Part shown: piece after piece, positions 1-12,700 of the stretch
How positions within the stretch are numbered: the stretch's first letter is position 1
Layout of the letters: the number at the start of each line of letters is the position of its first letter
Notes under the pieces: generated by a model
The model's database searches: none
Told to the model about the DNA's origin: nothing
Seen by the model: only the letters and a program-made list of their open reading frames with translations
Made by a program: the position numbers and the translations under genes
Assembly: GCA_010405405.1 (NCBI GenBank)
Contig: MU004230.1
Span: 468,627 to 532,626 of the forward strand
DNA from: Microthyrium microscopicum
Taxonomy: Eukaryota
DNA length: 64,000 nt
Direction of reading: 5' to 3'

Positions 1-610
1 TGGCGCCTTCGCGGTCAAACTTGCAACGCTTTCCAATATACATCCCATCATTTGCGTCGCGGGACGAGGTATCGAATATGTAGAGTCTTTGATTGATAGG
101 TCGAAAGGAGACACTATCGTGGACTATCGCCAAGGCAACGACGAGGTTGTCAAAAGTTTCCAACAAGCTCTCAATGGAGAGAAGCTATGCTATGCATTCG
201 ATGCTGTCAGCGACAAGGGAAGCTACCAGAATCTGATGAAGGTTATGGACCTATCGAAGGGCAGAATTTCGCTCGTTCTTGCACGAAAGCATTATGAAGG
301 CATACCGGATAGCTTTGCAAAATTCTTCACCCAGGTTGGAAGAGTTCACGCAGAGTCGTATCCTGGCATCAAAGGAGAGAAGAAGCTACAAGGCCTCTTG
401 GGTGATCAAGACTTCGGGGCTGTTATGTACAAGTTCTTCGAGCGAGGATTGAAGGCGGGTTGGTTCAAAGGCCATCCGTATCAGGTTGTTCCAGGAGGTC
501 TAGATGGGGTGGAAACTGGCTTGCAAGATCTCAAAGCCGGAAAAGCTAGCGCCTTCAAGTTTGTCTTCAGAATCGAGGAGACAAAAGGATTGTCTCAATC
601 AAAGTTGTAG
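1..610 (+). CDS. Zinc-binding dehydrogenase / trans-enoyl reductase-like (MDR family), 5' truncated by window edge
   Basis: Frame open from base 2 (GAFAVKLATLSNIHPIICVAGRG...). YAFDAVS and 'HPYQVVPGGLDGVETGLQDLKAGKASAFKFVFRI' are typical of fungal enoyl-reductase-like MDR proteins. Ends in -SKL. Confidence 0.8.
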   Translation, partial: GAFAVKLATLSNIHPIICVAGRGIEYVESLIDRSKGDTIVDYRQGNDEVVKSFQQALNGEKLCYAFDAVSDKGSYQNLMKVMDLSKGRISLVLARKHYEGIPDSFAKFFTQVGRVHAESYPGIKGEKKLQGLLGDQDFGAVMYKFFERGLKAGWFKGHPYQVVPGGLDGVETGLQDLKAGKASAFKFVFRIEETKGLSQSKL

Positions 611-1739
611 GCGGTAGGCGGATAGATCTGGATGTAGACTAATATATTTTGAATAACGACAACACAACCATCGTCACTGGTCATCTCATAGCCCCTGAAT
701 TTCTTGATGTTTTACCTCTAGTTCTTTCCGCTTCTGTTTCTCATGCTTTGCGTTAACTGGTGATCTAATACCCTACTTACTGTTCATTTGATCTTTGAAT
801 TTCGCGCCTGGCACCGATGACCACGAGAGATTATTGGTTGCCTGTACGATAACAATCGAGAACGTGGAGAGGAGCCAATAACACGAAAATAATGGAAAAG
901 TGCACTAATGGTATCTTATTCCCCATAACAAACCAACCTCTCTCTACCTGCTAGGATACAAAAACCCGATCCAACAAGTACAGGCTAAACTCCAGCATAA
1001 AAACCCCAAGATGCTTTGAACCGTTCTCGAGGATGTGAACGATGATCACAAGAAATGAACGCTGGCTAGAGTTCACAGACATGAAGAAAGGAGAATATCC
1101 CTCGTAAAGACAGAAGAAAGCGAGTCAAAAGTAGGATGAAAACCGTTGCAGTGGTCGTGAAAAAGAAAGAGAATGCTTGTTTGCCATGTCTACTCTTGAA
1201 AAGGGGTAATCGAACAAAAATGACAAAAAAATGGATTGCGAGACCAACGGTTTGTGAATGAGAAGAAGTTCTTTGCTTCTCCTCTCGTTTCCAAACAACT
1301 TTGTAGACAGAATTGAAACAGGGCCGACAAAATGAATAGCGCTTCCAAACTCCATTAAGGTAAGAATGAACCAGCCACGATGGACTTTTAAGGCGGTGCT
1401 GGCTTGAGAAAACGCTGATATGCTTTGCTAGCGACGACTGTCTACTCTAAAAGAGCAGAACACTACATTTTCTGCGATGTGAAGGGTCGAGTGAATTTAA
1501 AGGTTTTCGTTGGAGCCATGACAGGTTCAAGGGAACGGAGGCCAATGGTGTTATGGCTCACTGCGTGGCATAGTACATTTCGATGGCTAGATCGACCGAA
1601 AGAAAAATTTGCCTGGCCACGACGCGGCCCTTGGTTCTGAATATCTTCGTCGCTGCCCCACAGTATGTTGACGAGGTATAGCAGATCATGCCAGAACTCA
1701 TTGAAATCAAGATCCTACTGATTTTCTTTGTCATGCATT

Positions 1740-4700
1740 TCAGCCAGCTCCAGTTACTCCCATTGGACCCGTAGGCCCAGGATGGCCTCGGTAATTATGA
1801 CTTTGTCTTTGAGGACTTCCATTAGGGTCTGGAGTGAATTGTTGAGGCGGAGTACCAACTCCATGCGATGGTCCATAAGTGAAATTGCCACTGGGCGTTG
1901 CTCCGCTACCTACGTGGCGAACAGAGGCTTCATTCTGCCATGCTTGCGGGTCCTGGGCTACAACATTTCCAGAACGCCCTTGCGATGGCCGAGATCCGGT
2001 GTGTTGACGGATACCTGGAGACGGCATTCCGCCTGCTGGGAAGCGACCTATATCTCCAAAGCGTTTGAGTAACTCCTTGGTGGTGAGATCGGTGTTGTTC
2101 TCGAATAGTGAAGGATCATTGAGTACAGATACTATTTCCTCGGGAACCTGCGCACTGTTAATTCCCAATTTTACAAATGACGGAAAACAACTTACCTCGC
2201 ACATGCTGGTGTTGTACTCGATTAGAGTGTGCACGGCTTCCACGGCCAAGAACGTAGACTCCACTTCTGGATTCTTGGTTGAATATAAAATGTTTGGTGC
2301 GATAACAGTAGCGAGATTATGAATATCCATCTTACTGCCAGACTCTTCATCGACAGTATGAAATGATGATGTCCAGTTCAGAAATGTAAAAAGCACTTCC
2401 ATAGTGTCACGATGTACCTTGGGTAACAGACAACAAGTGAGGTGTAATACACGACGCCGTTTCTCGTCGTCTTGCATGCCTAGCAGAATGTTAGTTTAGT
2501 CGCGTATGGATGTATGAAATACGTACGAGCTGCTGTGATTATTAAACGATGCAGTTTGAAGGTCAGAACTGGATCGGGTAGATCTCGAAGGAACTTCTTG
2601 AGTAGTGCAGCAACTTGAACGGCGTTTTCACGGGACAAGTCTACACTATCACACCCATTGGCATCGATTTCTTCTTGGAGTTCTCGAAGCCTTCTGATGT
2701 TGCCGTTTTTGCGGAAGACCCCCTCAACAGACATGTCCATGTTGCGCATAGCAGAGACAGCCATATCAAGCACGGCTGGCACCCGCAGAGTCCCTGGACC
2801 AACACCATCGATTGATTCGGCACCATCTCGATCGACTATCTGTTGCAAGTCACGACCGAATACAGCTCTCTTTTTGGCAGCGTTCTTGTCTTTGGCGAAT
2901 GCTTTGCCGAATCGATCCCAGAAATTCGGCCGCTTTGTTTCGATCAGCTCGATTAGCTCCTGTTGAGTGAAATGACCCGCCAGCATCGGCGTCATGTACA
3001 GAACCGCTATGTGCCGCACAATGAAATATTCGAGCGCGGAAAGTTCTGAAAGATATCTACGCGGACGTCCTTGTGCATCGGTCGACATGTATTTCATGTC
3101 TCCTGATATTTGCCGCCGGTGTTGTCCATTGATCAGTTCAGGTTTTGGCCCAGATGATACAAGGTTGTTTCCTGCATATTTCGCTGCGTTTGGTCTCAGG
3201 TCTCGGGTGACTTCCGCCTGTAATATACGCGGAATGTCGTCCAATGCCATCTGATTAACACCAAACATGAGCTGTGAATCCTGATTAGGATCACGGTCAT
3301 GCACAATTTGCATATGTTGTTGATTTGCGTTGCCATTTTCACCATTGTCGTGAGCACTTATTCCACCTGGTCCGTCAATCACCCGAGAAGAACGAGCACG
3401 CTTCATGGTATTACCTAGCGGCTGATCCATCCGGGTAGATCGCAATCGTCGAATGTCTCCAATAGTCTGTTCGTACGCTGTTGATTGCGGGCGGCCTGTG
3501 GGCTGAGAATTTTCTGGTATGCTCCCTGGGTAGAGTTGATTTCGTGGATCCGCACCAAGGGGGGAGAGAGTGTCGGTTCTGTTATTATCAAAAGCTACTA
3601 ATTCGGGGTGTTCTATGACAAATGGTGAGCAGTGTAAATCGTTAGTGAGAAGCCACTTACCAGCAGATGGAATTGCTCCTGTACTCCGAAGAGTCGCCAA
3701 TAAACGCGCGTGAGCAACTTTGAGCAGGTGGACGTATTGCTTTAACCTTGTTATAGGTCTAAAGCCACCCTCGCAATCTGGTATTTGGGCGGCATCTTTC
3801 CTACAGACCACCTCATTACGAGAAGCGCTCCATTTGGCCTCAGCAAGAGTATCTTTCAGCTCCGTTCCACAAACGCGGCAGATCATGCAACCAAAGTGGA
3901 AAACTCGGTCGGCTCTTCTAGCACATTTGTCTTCCACCGGCTTCTCACAAACCGGACAGCTGTCAGATGATCGATGAACGTAGTGCGCGGAGTCTGCTAT
4001 CGAGTCTTTTGCTTCGTCAACGAGGAGCCGGTCGTCTAGAGTATTAATCTTCTCCAAAAAGGTGTTCAATCCCAATGGGCTTCCTGATTCTCGTTCCAGC
4101 TTGAGCGCTCCTTGAAGACATATTCTTATTAATAGCTTCAAATAGTGTGCAAGACCCGTTACAAGCGATAAAAGCTCTTGGGTTACTCCAAGCCGTTGTT
4201 TTCCGGTAGTTTGCGACTCTGATAAAAGCTGGAAAAAGGCTACCACTTTTTTGCAGAGTAGTTTTGCCTCGCGTCCGTAGGAAAGATCTGGAGAGCGGTT
4301 AGTATGTGTTTTTGTACAATGATCAGTGTCTGATATACTTTTAGAAGTTTCGACTGTGAGTCTCCAGTCCAACTCATCAGTGCATTCAAAAAACAATTCG
4401 ATATGAATAATGAATTTACGTGCCGCCATAATCCCTTCATAATATTGCGCGTTACTAACATGCAAGAGCATGTCGGAAATGCAAGTCGCAGCACGTTCCT
4501 CGAAAGTTGATAGTGATCGCCAGATCCAGTGTACCTTGTCTTCGACTCGTTCCTCTTCCGACCGGACAGCCTTTCTAATGTCATCGGGCGCATTGTCGAG
4601 GGACTCTTGTTGTTCTATAACTCCGGTGTCGGCTTGATCGGGGTTATGTAACCGGACATTCCAATACTTATGAATCATGTAGCACTCGGGATGCCAATGC

Positions 4701-5497
4701 TGATTTTGACCATTGCGGAAAATTTCAACAAACTGCTTCAGGATCGCATTATGACAGCCGTGACACCGTTGTGCAAATCGCGTGGAATAATGGTAGTGAC
4801 AATAAACGCTCGAGTCATGTTCGTAGTAGCTGTCTTGGGCACCAAAAATTGTAGGACAGACAGAACACGTAAAGTGCTCAATGTGATATTTACGGTCGAG
4901 AGCGGTTATGTATGATCCACGCAGGGCATTACCGCATTTATGGCATATAAGGTCGAGTCGCTTGAAATAATCGGTTTCGCAAAGTGGATATTGGTTCGGA
5001 CCTTCGTCTGGTACTGGGAAGAACTTGGAGGCTACTATCTTGCCGCATTCCTATTCTTTGTCAGTCAAGCAATACAGCCATCAATAGAGGATACTCACCC
5101 GACAAGTAAAACACTCGAGATGATATGTCGCATCCAATGCGCGAACAAATTGGCCACTTAGCGAAAGGCCGCATTTTGCGCAAGCTCGTCCGCCGCTGGG
5201 TTTTCTCGTGACACCAGGTTTAAGCTCAGTCGGTCCCGTCACGATCTGTTGAGTCCCTTCTGCAGGTTGTTGGTTGTATGCTTGATACGGACGTGGGCCC
5301 GAGTCGTACGAGTTTGTAAAGGCCGAAGGTGGGTGGTCACTGGGTTGATTACTGCTGTATGATGTCGGAGCAGTAGAGGCCGAAGGTGGATTAGAATATG
5401 GAGGTGCTGAGGAGGCAGGATGGGACATAGGAGTAGGGTGGTTTGATTCGGGCCATTGGCCTGGCATTGGACCGCCGCCCGCGAACGGGGCACTCAT
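1740..5497 (-). CDS. LRG1: LIM-domain Rho GTPase-activating protein (Lrg1/Rga1 type), multi-exon
   Basis: N-terminal LIM zinc fingers (CAKCGLSLSGQFVRALDATYHLECFTC...), a further LIM (CPVCEKPVEDKC...FHFGCMICRVC) and a RhoGAP domain (EGVFRKNGN, AALLKKFLRDLPDP, SKMDIHNLATVIAPNIL). Joins ORFs 5081-5497, 2480-4678 and 1740-2477 through short GT-AG introns. Confidence 0.88.
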
Positions 5498-6142
5498 GGC
5501 GGAGAAACGGCCCAGACAATGGGCAAAATGCGAGTCGGATTATGGAGAGACGTATGTTGGTAAATAGTACAATAGGGGAGGCGAGTTGGTGTTGGTTAGG
5601 AGTTGTAATGGCGGAAATTCAGAAGGGGAGTAGGGGCGCGAGAGGAGAGGTTGCGGAAATCGATCTTGGCGTCGCGGAGGCGGTGGGGCGGGGGCTAGTG
5701 TTTGGGGTTCAGAAGCAAGAATGTCGACGAGCGCAAGCGATGAGAAGGGTCCAAGAGGAGGAATGGACAAGAGAGAGTATTATTGATGGGGACTATGGCA
5801 TGTGGAAAATTGAGGATTGGGAGAGTGAGCGTTGGTGCTAGACTCTGTTGGAGTCGTTGGTCGTTAGATCAAAAGTGGATTAGAGCGCGCGTGGTAGCAT
5901 TAGGCGTAGCGCGACTGGCAAGGACCGTCTTTGACGAAACAGTAATTGCTCTACCAAAATCATATGGAACTAAACTTGCCAGACATTTTGATTATATCTT
6001 ACTGTAAGCTCCCTACAATTTTGAAGCAAAATGGAGATGCGTCGAAGCAATGGTAAATAACAAAGTTGAGGTGTGGTTTGTATCTATTTTGGTTCACAAC
6101 TAAGAGGTAAATCCTCATCATAGAAGCGCCATACGAGAAGTA

Positions 6143-6359
6143 CCGTAGCTTTCGTATCAAATGCAGGTTTGATTAACCGCTTTTGGACATCCAAATTTGG
6201 GATGACCAATATCTTTCACCAATGACAGGTAGAGGATTAATTTCACGTGTGAACAAAAGTTAGCGCTAGGTAGGGTCCCCTAAAATTACTGAATAGTAAG
6301 CCCAAATTTGGATGTCCAAAAGCGGTTAATCAAACCTGCATTTGATGCGAAAGCTACGG
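6143..6359. mobile_element. MITE (non-autonomous Tc1/mariner/pogo-type), 59-bp TIRs, TA target-site duplication
   Basis: 6143-6201 (CCGTAGCTTTCGTATCAAATGCAGG...CCAAATTTGGG) is the reverse complement of 6301-6359 with one mismatch. TA flanks both ends (6141-6142, 6360-6361). 99-bp non-coding spacer. Confidence 0.9.
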
Positions 6360-6416
6360 TAAATGAGGTGAAAATTGGCACGAGCTCATTCGCTTTCTCG
6401 CCAGAATAGTTACAAC

Positions 6417-7436
6417 ATGCCCCACCAGGTATTGACTGCCGTATCTGAGGATTCACTGGCCTCCAAACAACCCCTCATAGTCCACATAGCAGAGCTGCCA
6501 CACGGGGATCATCTACAATTCCAGGACACTGCCTTTTTTATCCACAAGAGAGGTAGCTTTCCAGCTCCTGAGGAAGTTCGATCGAAGAACATACATCTCA
6601 ACGGCAATCGCGCATGGGGAAGTCGGCCTCCTCCTGTTCCCTTTCCGGAGCTAGGACTCATCGTAAAATTTGGCTCTGAAATAACAATTGCCGAAGGCCA
6701 ATGCCTTTGGTATTTGAACAGTTATTTGAAGGATAGCGTGCCAACACCAGAAGTTTTTGGGTGGCTCCAAGATGGTAACGAAGTTTTCATCTATATGGAG
6801 CTTATAAAGGGCGATACCTTGAAGGAAAGGTGGCCCTTACTGAATGAAGAAGAGAAGGGAACAATATGCACGCAAATCGGCGGCTGCATGGAAGCTTGGA
6901 AGGAGCTTCGTCAAGAGAAAGAGCCTTATTTCATCGGTAAGAGTGAGAGTGCTTTAAGCTTGTGCGTTTCAGCGCTGACGATCCAAGGCCATGTCGGAAA
7001 CCAAGGAGTAGGTGATATCATTTTTAGAGATTGCGGGGACCCACATGTTGGTCCTTTTCTAGATATCACCGCCTTCCACGACTTCTTTGCTCGATACTCT
7101 TGCCGCAGCCGTCCAGAAAGGAACCCGAGACGCGATTTTCCCGAGCTGGTTGGATTAACAGACGAACGGCCCGTCGTGTTCACTCATGCGGATCTTGATA
7201 AGAGCAACATCCTAATATCTCCATCAGAAGAAGGCTCACCGCCGCGAATAATTGCAATTATTGACTGGCATCAATCAGGGTGGTATCCAAGCGGCTGGGA
7301 GTGGATGAAAGCGCAAGGGATGTGCGATCCTATTGAGGGAGGCTTTCGGGACACAGCCTGGTTAGAACAGTTTATGGCACCAGCAGACGAGGACTATGCT
7401 TACGCCTGGGAATACATTACTCATAGTTGTATGTAA
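6417..7436 (+). CDS. Aminoglycoside-phosphotransferase (APH)/kinase-like family protein
   Basis: VKFG...EGQCL, VPTPEV, YMELIKG, VFTHADLDKSNIL and IIDWHQSGWYP motifs. First ATG at 6417. Probable in-frame 51-bp intron 6937-6987. Confidence 0.85.
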   Translation: MPHQVLTAVSEDSLASKQPLIVHIAELPHGDHLQFQDTAFFIHKRGSFPAPEEVRSKNIHLNGNRAWGSRPPPVPFPELGLIVKFGSEITIAEGQCLWYLNSYLKDSVPTPEVFGWLQDGNEVFIYMELIKGDTLKERWPLLNEEEKGTICTQIGGCMEAWKELRQEKEPYFIGKSESALSLCVSALTIQGHVGNQGVGDIIFRDCGDPHVGPFLDITAFHDFFARYSCRSRPERNPRRDFPELVGLTDERPVVFTHADLDKSNILISPSEEGSPPRIIAIIDWHQSGWYPSGWEWMKAQGMCDPIEGGFRDTAWLEQFMAPADEDYAYAWEYITHSCM

Positions 7437-8226
7437 CCAAAAACTTGAGGACTTTTTCATGAAGTCAGATTTCTCGCTAGGCTGCTGTTCATTGAAGACA
7501 CCAGATCCCGGCGGGTATCAAGCAGGAGTTGGCAGAAGCAGGATATCGGTTACTCGAGTCTCGGTCAGGCTGTACGAAATTACGAATATTGATTCAAGCG
7601 CTGGATCTTAGTTGAGACTGGAAGACGTTGACGCTCTCCCTATAATACCATGAGAAGGATTACAGTTTGAAACCTGCCCCTTGAAGTATATTTGGTTGGA
7701 TGTCGTTCATCAGATGTCCATAATTCTACAACATTGCAATAAATGAACTTAAGAGGACGTGACGACTCCTCTGAACGCAACTACAAAGGCAGTGGTACAT
7801 ACAGCAACATCTCATAGTGGTTGCAAGGAGCCGAAGCGCTTAATGTCCATAGCTTATTACGACGGTAAGGGTCTGGTCAAAGATGATGGCCATCATAATA
7901 ATAATCTTGCATTCATGGGGGAGATGATCAACGCGGCCCATGCCGGTATTTCAGTACCGCTGTTCTATTTATGTATGCACTGCGTTTCGAGCTGCTCAGG
8001 CAGTTGGCGCTAGTCTGTTTCCACTTTTCCATACTTGCGCTAAGCCTAACTGGTAGCTAGTCGCGTGTTCACTTCAACCAATCACCAAAACAACCCAGAC
8101 CTCAAACCTTCAACTCACCACCAACGCCATCACCATCACCAACCCATCCCACCAACAACAACAAGAACAACAACCCACCAACCCTCCTCTCCTCCAAAAC
8201 AACACCCTCTCACCCACTCCAACACC

Positions 8227-8781
8227 ATGTCCACCACCCCTCCCCCAACCGACCTCCCCAACCCAAACGCAATCCGCGACTCCAAAAAAGCCGGCTGGCT
8301 CCCCGAGCGCGCCAAACCGCCCGTCCCCCCCGAAGACGAAGCCGGCACCACCCTGCACCTCGGCGCCTTCACCAGCACGCCCGCCCTCAGCATCTCCGCC
8401 GCCAAAATCCTCTTGAACCTAATGGCCGCCAAGCGCAAAAAGGCAGGCCACAAAGAAGTACATACGGAAATCACGCAGAAGATGTTGGTGTATGTGGACA
8501 ATTTTGCGAGGTTTCGCGTGGTGCAGCAGGTGCATTTGCTGGAGACGGCGTTTGAGGTTTATCCGCAGCTGGAGCAGTTTGAGAAGGGGCAGTTGGGTAA
8601 GTGGATTTTCATGGGGTTGTGATGGGGGGATGGTGGCTAATGGGGGTGTATAGCGAATTTGGTGCCGCATGATGTTGAGGAGGCGAAGATGTTGATTCCG
8701 AGTTTGGTGGATAAGATTGGTGATGAGGATTTGGAGGAGTTGTTGAATGAGATTGAGGTTATTCGGACTGGTGATACCTGA
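8227..8781 (+). CDS. RPB4: RNA polymerase II subunit Rpb4
   Basis: EDEAGTTLHLGAF...LSISAAKILL...YVDNFARF...FEKGQL; intron 8597-8653; then ANLVPHDVEEAKMLIPSLVDKIGDEDLEELLNEI, the Rpb4 C-terminal pattern. Confidence 0.88.
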
Positions 8782-9786
8782 TGAGTCTTCGCATGGATGA
8801 CATACTCACACAAGTCTGGCGAGCAGCGATGGGAGCAGGTACGATAGGGAAACCTGAGTGGCAAGATTGTGCATTTGTTGAACTTCAAGCAAGGCGTATT
8901 GGTAAAAATCGGAAAACAACCTAGACATGGTTGAACAACTATTCACGGCGCAGAGAAAGCTGTTGGTATAATGAATTTAATGTCAACCTTGGCTTTTACA
9001 TGTCATTCATGTCACAACGAGCAGTATGGTATTATGAAAGAAAAAAGTTTTGTTTGATTGGCATAGCGAAGTAGCCAGCTCAGAAAACTTTGCTCCAGTT
9101 ACAGATTTGCAAAACACACCACATTTGAAATTCCCATCTCCAATTCTTCGTTGTAATTCCCATCATGGAGTCCATCCTTGGTCATTTTGTTACTACTAGA
9201 AACAGCCCAGCCCAACATGTAACGTGACGCTAAAGAGAGCCGAGAAAGGAATGTGTTAATAAGATACCAATTTCTTCACCACTCAGCCAACAACAAGGAC
9301 GTGCAAAATCGAGCGGCACCAAAGCTAAGAACGCGACCAGAAGTGGAAAGCATGTCCTCCTACACCAGGCAAGTATCATCGCTAGAACACAACAGCAGAA
9401 TCGACTGGATGAAAAACGTAAACACGGAAGAAAGGAACAAGAAAGATAAAGCAGAGTTTGGTTTTTTTCAGACTCAAGGAAATGCTTGGAAAAGAGTACA
9501 CTATTTAGCCGACCAACACCGCGCTGTGAAAACACTGATGATTACAAAGAAAAAAAGACAACCCAACGATCATACTGTAAAGAAACAGGCTCCGCTATTG
9601 GTGGCAGAGGGGATAGAAACAAAAAAAGGTATAAAGATCGCGTTCTTGATGAAAAACGCCGCGATCTTCAGGAGTAAACCTGGACATGCAAATTGGCACT
9701 GATCAATTCATTCGCCGATAAGCATTCCGTTCCGATATTTTAGACTCCGTTGCTTTTTCGGAGGTGTGTTGAGATATATTCTCAAG

Positions 9787-12700
9787 CTAATTCTGTTGCT
9801 CATCGACCGCTTCATCTATAGGAGCTCTTCGAACAGGACGGGGAGTTGGTTCGTCTATATCCATGGGGTTTGGAACATACGACGGGCGAGGTGTTACATC
9901 GTTAGATTCACCAGAACTTTCACAAGGCGAGGCCCCTTCCGGAGTGCCATGGGTCTTTGCGAGTTGAGGCGTTGGTGTTAAGGATATATCGTCGGCTGCG
10001 GCCTTTGCCTCTTCAGCTGCTGGCACTTCGGCAATGGCAGGTGGTGGTGATGATGCAGTAAGATGATGATCATGAGAAATGATACTGAGATCTTCAACAG
10101 AAACAACGCTGCCACGACTGTTCGTACGCATCATTTCCGTTCCCAGCTTCGAAGAGCCTCGTGGTCTGCTAGACTTGGGGCTTCTAGGTCGCAATTGAAG
10201 GCCCAGATCATCGTCTTCATCATCGCCAGAGTCTGCAGAACCTCGACGCTTCCCTTCTCCTGATCGTTTCTTCTTCAGCGTGATCCACTCTGAGGAAGGT
10301 CTCTTTGCCGCAGCTGGATTCGAAAGTGTTCCAGGAAATGGCTGAACATTTTCCTCCGGCTTTGCTTCCACATGAGCTTCCTCTGGTGAAGATATTCCAA
10401 GACCTTCGAAATTTTGCGCTAATGAAGTCTCGTCCCATTCTTCAATGGAGGATTTGTTGATGGCAACAGGTAAGTCTCCGGCACGACTATCAGCATCGCC
10501 AAAGAAGCTCGAGCTTATCGAATCTTCGCGGCTAGAATCCCGATAGCTACCAGAAGGAACAAAGCCAAATCCAGAAGAATAAGATGTTGGGCTATCATCA
10601 GAGAGTGGTGCTTTGGGATGCATAAAACCAGAGGGTGGCCAGGCCATGTTAGCCTTTGGTGGTGGTGGAGGGGGTTTCCATTGACAAAGCCGTGCAAGAA
10701 TTTCTGTTAATTTGAAGATGGTAGGAGGCTTTTCAACCAAGCCATCGAAAAAGTGGTTTGGTGGGAGCTCTTTGAGATAACCTGTAACAGCAACAACGGG
10801 CGTTGTAGAGTTTACATTCTTCGTACGTCGAATCATTCTAGCGAGATCAGAGCCCGTAAAGTTCGGTAGCTTGAACTCTGTGAGAATTATGTCAAACTTG
10901 ACCTCACTCGTAGCGTATCTAACAGCTTCGGTGCCATTGGTAGCTGTGACTGCTCGACAACGAATCTTTTCCAAGAGCTTTTCCATGACCAGACGAGAAA
11001 CTGGATGATCTTCGCAAATGAGAATATCCAAAGGACGAAACATTGGCCCTTCCGCAAGCGTGATTTGGGACAGTCTGCGAGAGCTTTGACGTCGACGTTG
11101 GACGCGAAGGAAGGCTTTTTGTCTTGTGTCCTCGTTGTCTGAAGAAGATGGCGACACGTCAAGCACCTGACTACGGCGATTGCGATGTATACTAATTGTC
11201 TTCTCTCTAACAATGTCTTCGCTTTCTTGCGAGCTCACTGTATGGGATCGACCCCGCGGCGATAAAGCAGTCGCTGGAAGAATCAAAGAGTTTCGTTGTC
11301 CCGAAGGGGGACGTTCCTGGTTCATCATTGGAGCACCAGGCGATTTAGCAGTCTTGATAGGCGATGATGCGCTCGACGAAGTCTTGAGACCGACGGGTAA
11401 GCGAGGAGCATCAAAAAAGTTGCCAGGCTGCAAAGAGTTGGAAGTTTGCTGTGACAGACTGGACGAACTACTTGACGTCTTACGTCGTTCATGATGCTGG
11501 CCAGTGCTGAATTGAACCAGCAGCGGTGAAGATGGTTGCGATGGCTGCGAAAGTCTACTTGGCGATGCCGAAGGTTGTGTATACAGTAATGGTGATGCTG
11601 GTCGGTTGTTGCCTTTGCTGCCGGATATAGCTCTCTTCAAAGGCATGGGAAGAATTGGACTTGACTCGAGAGACGGGGAAGGCGAGTTTGCCACAGGAGA
11701 AGACACTGCAGACATATTTTTACTTTGTGCTTGCATCGCTTCAGCTTTGAGTTTTTGAATAACATCCTTGTTGGCTTTCTCCAGAACCGGAAGGTTTTTG
11801 AAGTTGAAATTACCAAAATCATCTGCTGGAACCGGTTCACTAAGTCTACGTGATCTTCCATCGCGAACGTGTGGAGGAATATGAAGTGGAATCAAACCTC
11901 GTTTGATAGAATTGACTTGGGATCTAACCCGAGACAAAGCATCATGAGGTCGGTCGGGATATTCGGCCCCAGGGGTATTTATTGGAGATGATGATTGTTC
12001 GTCAAATTCTGCAGAGAAGTTTTGCAACACTGCTCCGCGGGCATCAAAATATTCAGTGTTTTCTGGATCGTCGGCCATGGGAATAAAAGTGGCCTCGTCC
12101 TCACGTAAAGTCTGCCAATTGATGCCTTCAAACCAAGGGTGACTTTTTATCTCGTCTCCTCCAGTAGCAAACTTCTCAGCCTGATTTGCTCCTATACGGC
12201 TAGTGGGTTCAAGACTCATTAGGCTATTCATCAAGTCTTTTGCCTCGGGTGAAACGTCGTCTAGATCTTCGGGTGGCCAGTCAATCTTGCGTTCCAAAAT
12301 GTTTTGAAAGACTTCCTCCGGGGTATCAGCGTGAAATGGAGGGTATCCGTAGAGGAACTCGAAAAGAATGCATCCTAGAGACCACCAATCACTGAGTTCA
12401 TCTTGGCCTACACCATTAATGGTTTCTGGTGCAAGATAATCCGGAGTTCCAACGAATTTTCGAGTAGAGTCTCGAGGGTCAAAAAGAACCAAGTTGTCCA
12501 GCAAGATTCCAGAAGAAGCGGTGGGCGGCGTGGACAGTGCGCCATTAGCAGTGCTAGCAGACTGGTTAAGATGGTATGAGTCTGGAGAATTTTGACCGGC
12601 ACTTCCAGAATTTTCTTCCTCGATTGGTGATTGAGTTTGCGATAGAATATCCGACTGGCTCAGGTTCATGCTCTTGAACATTTTATGCAAATTGTCGCTT

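Noticed and set aside
9230..9702. ORFs of 101-149 aa downstream of RIM15
   Set aside because: Low-complexity A-rich sequence, most simply the RIM15 3' UTR. No motifs.
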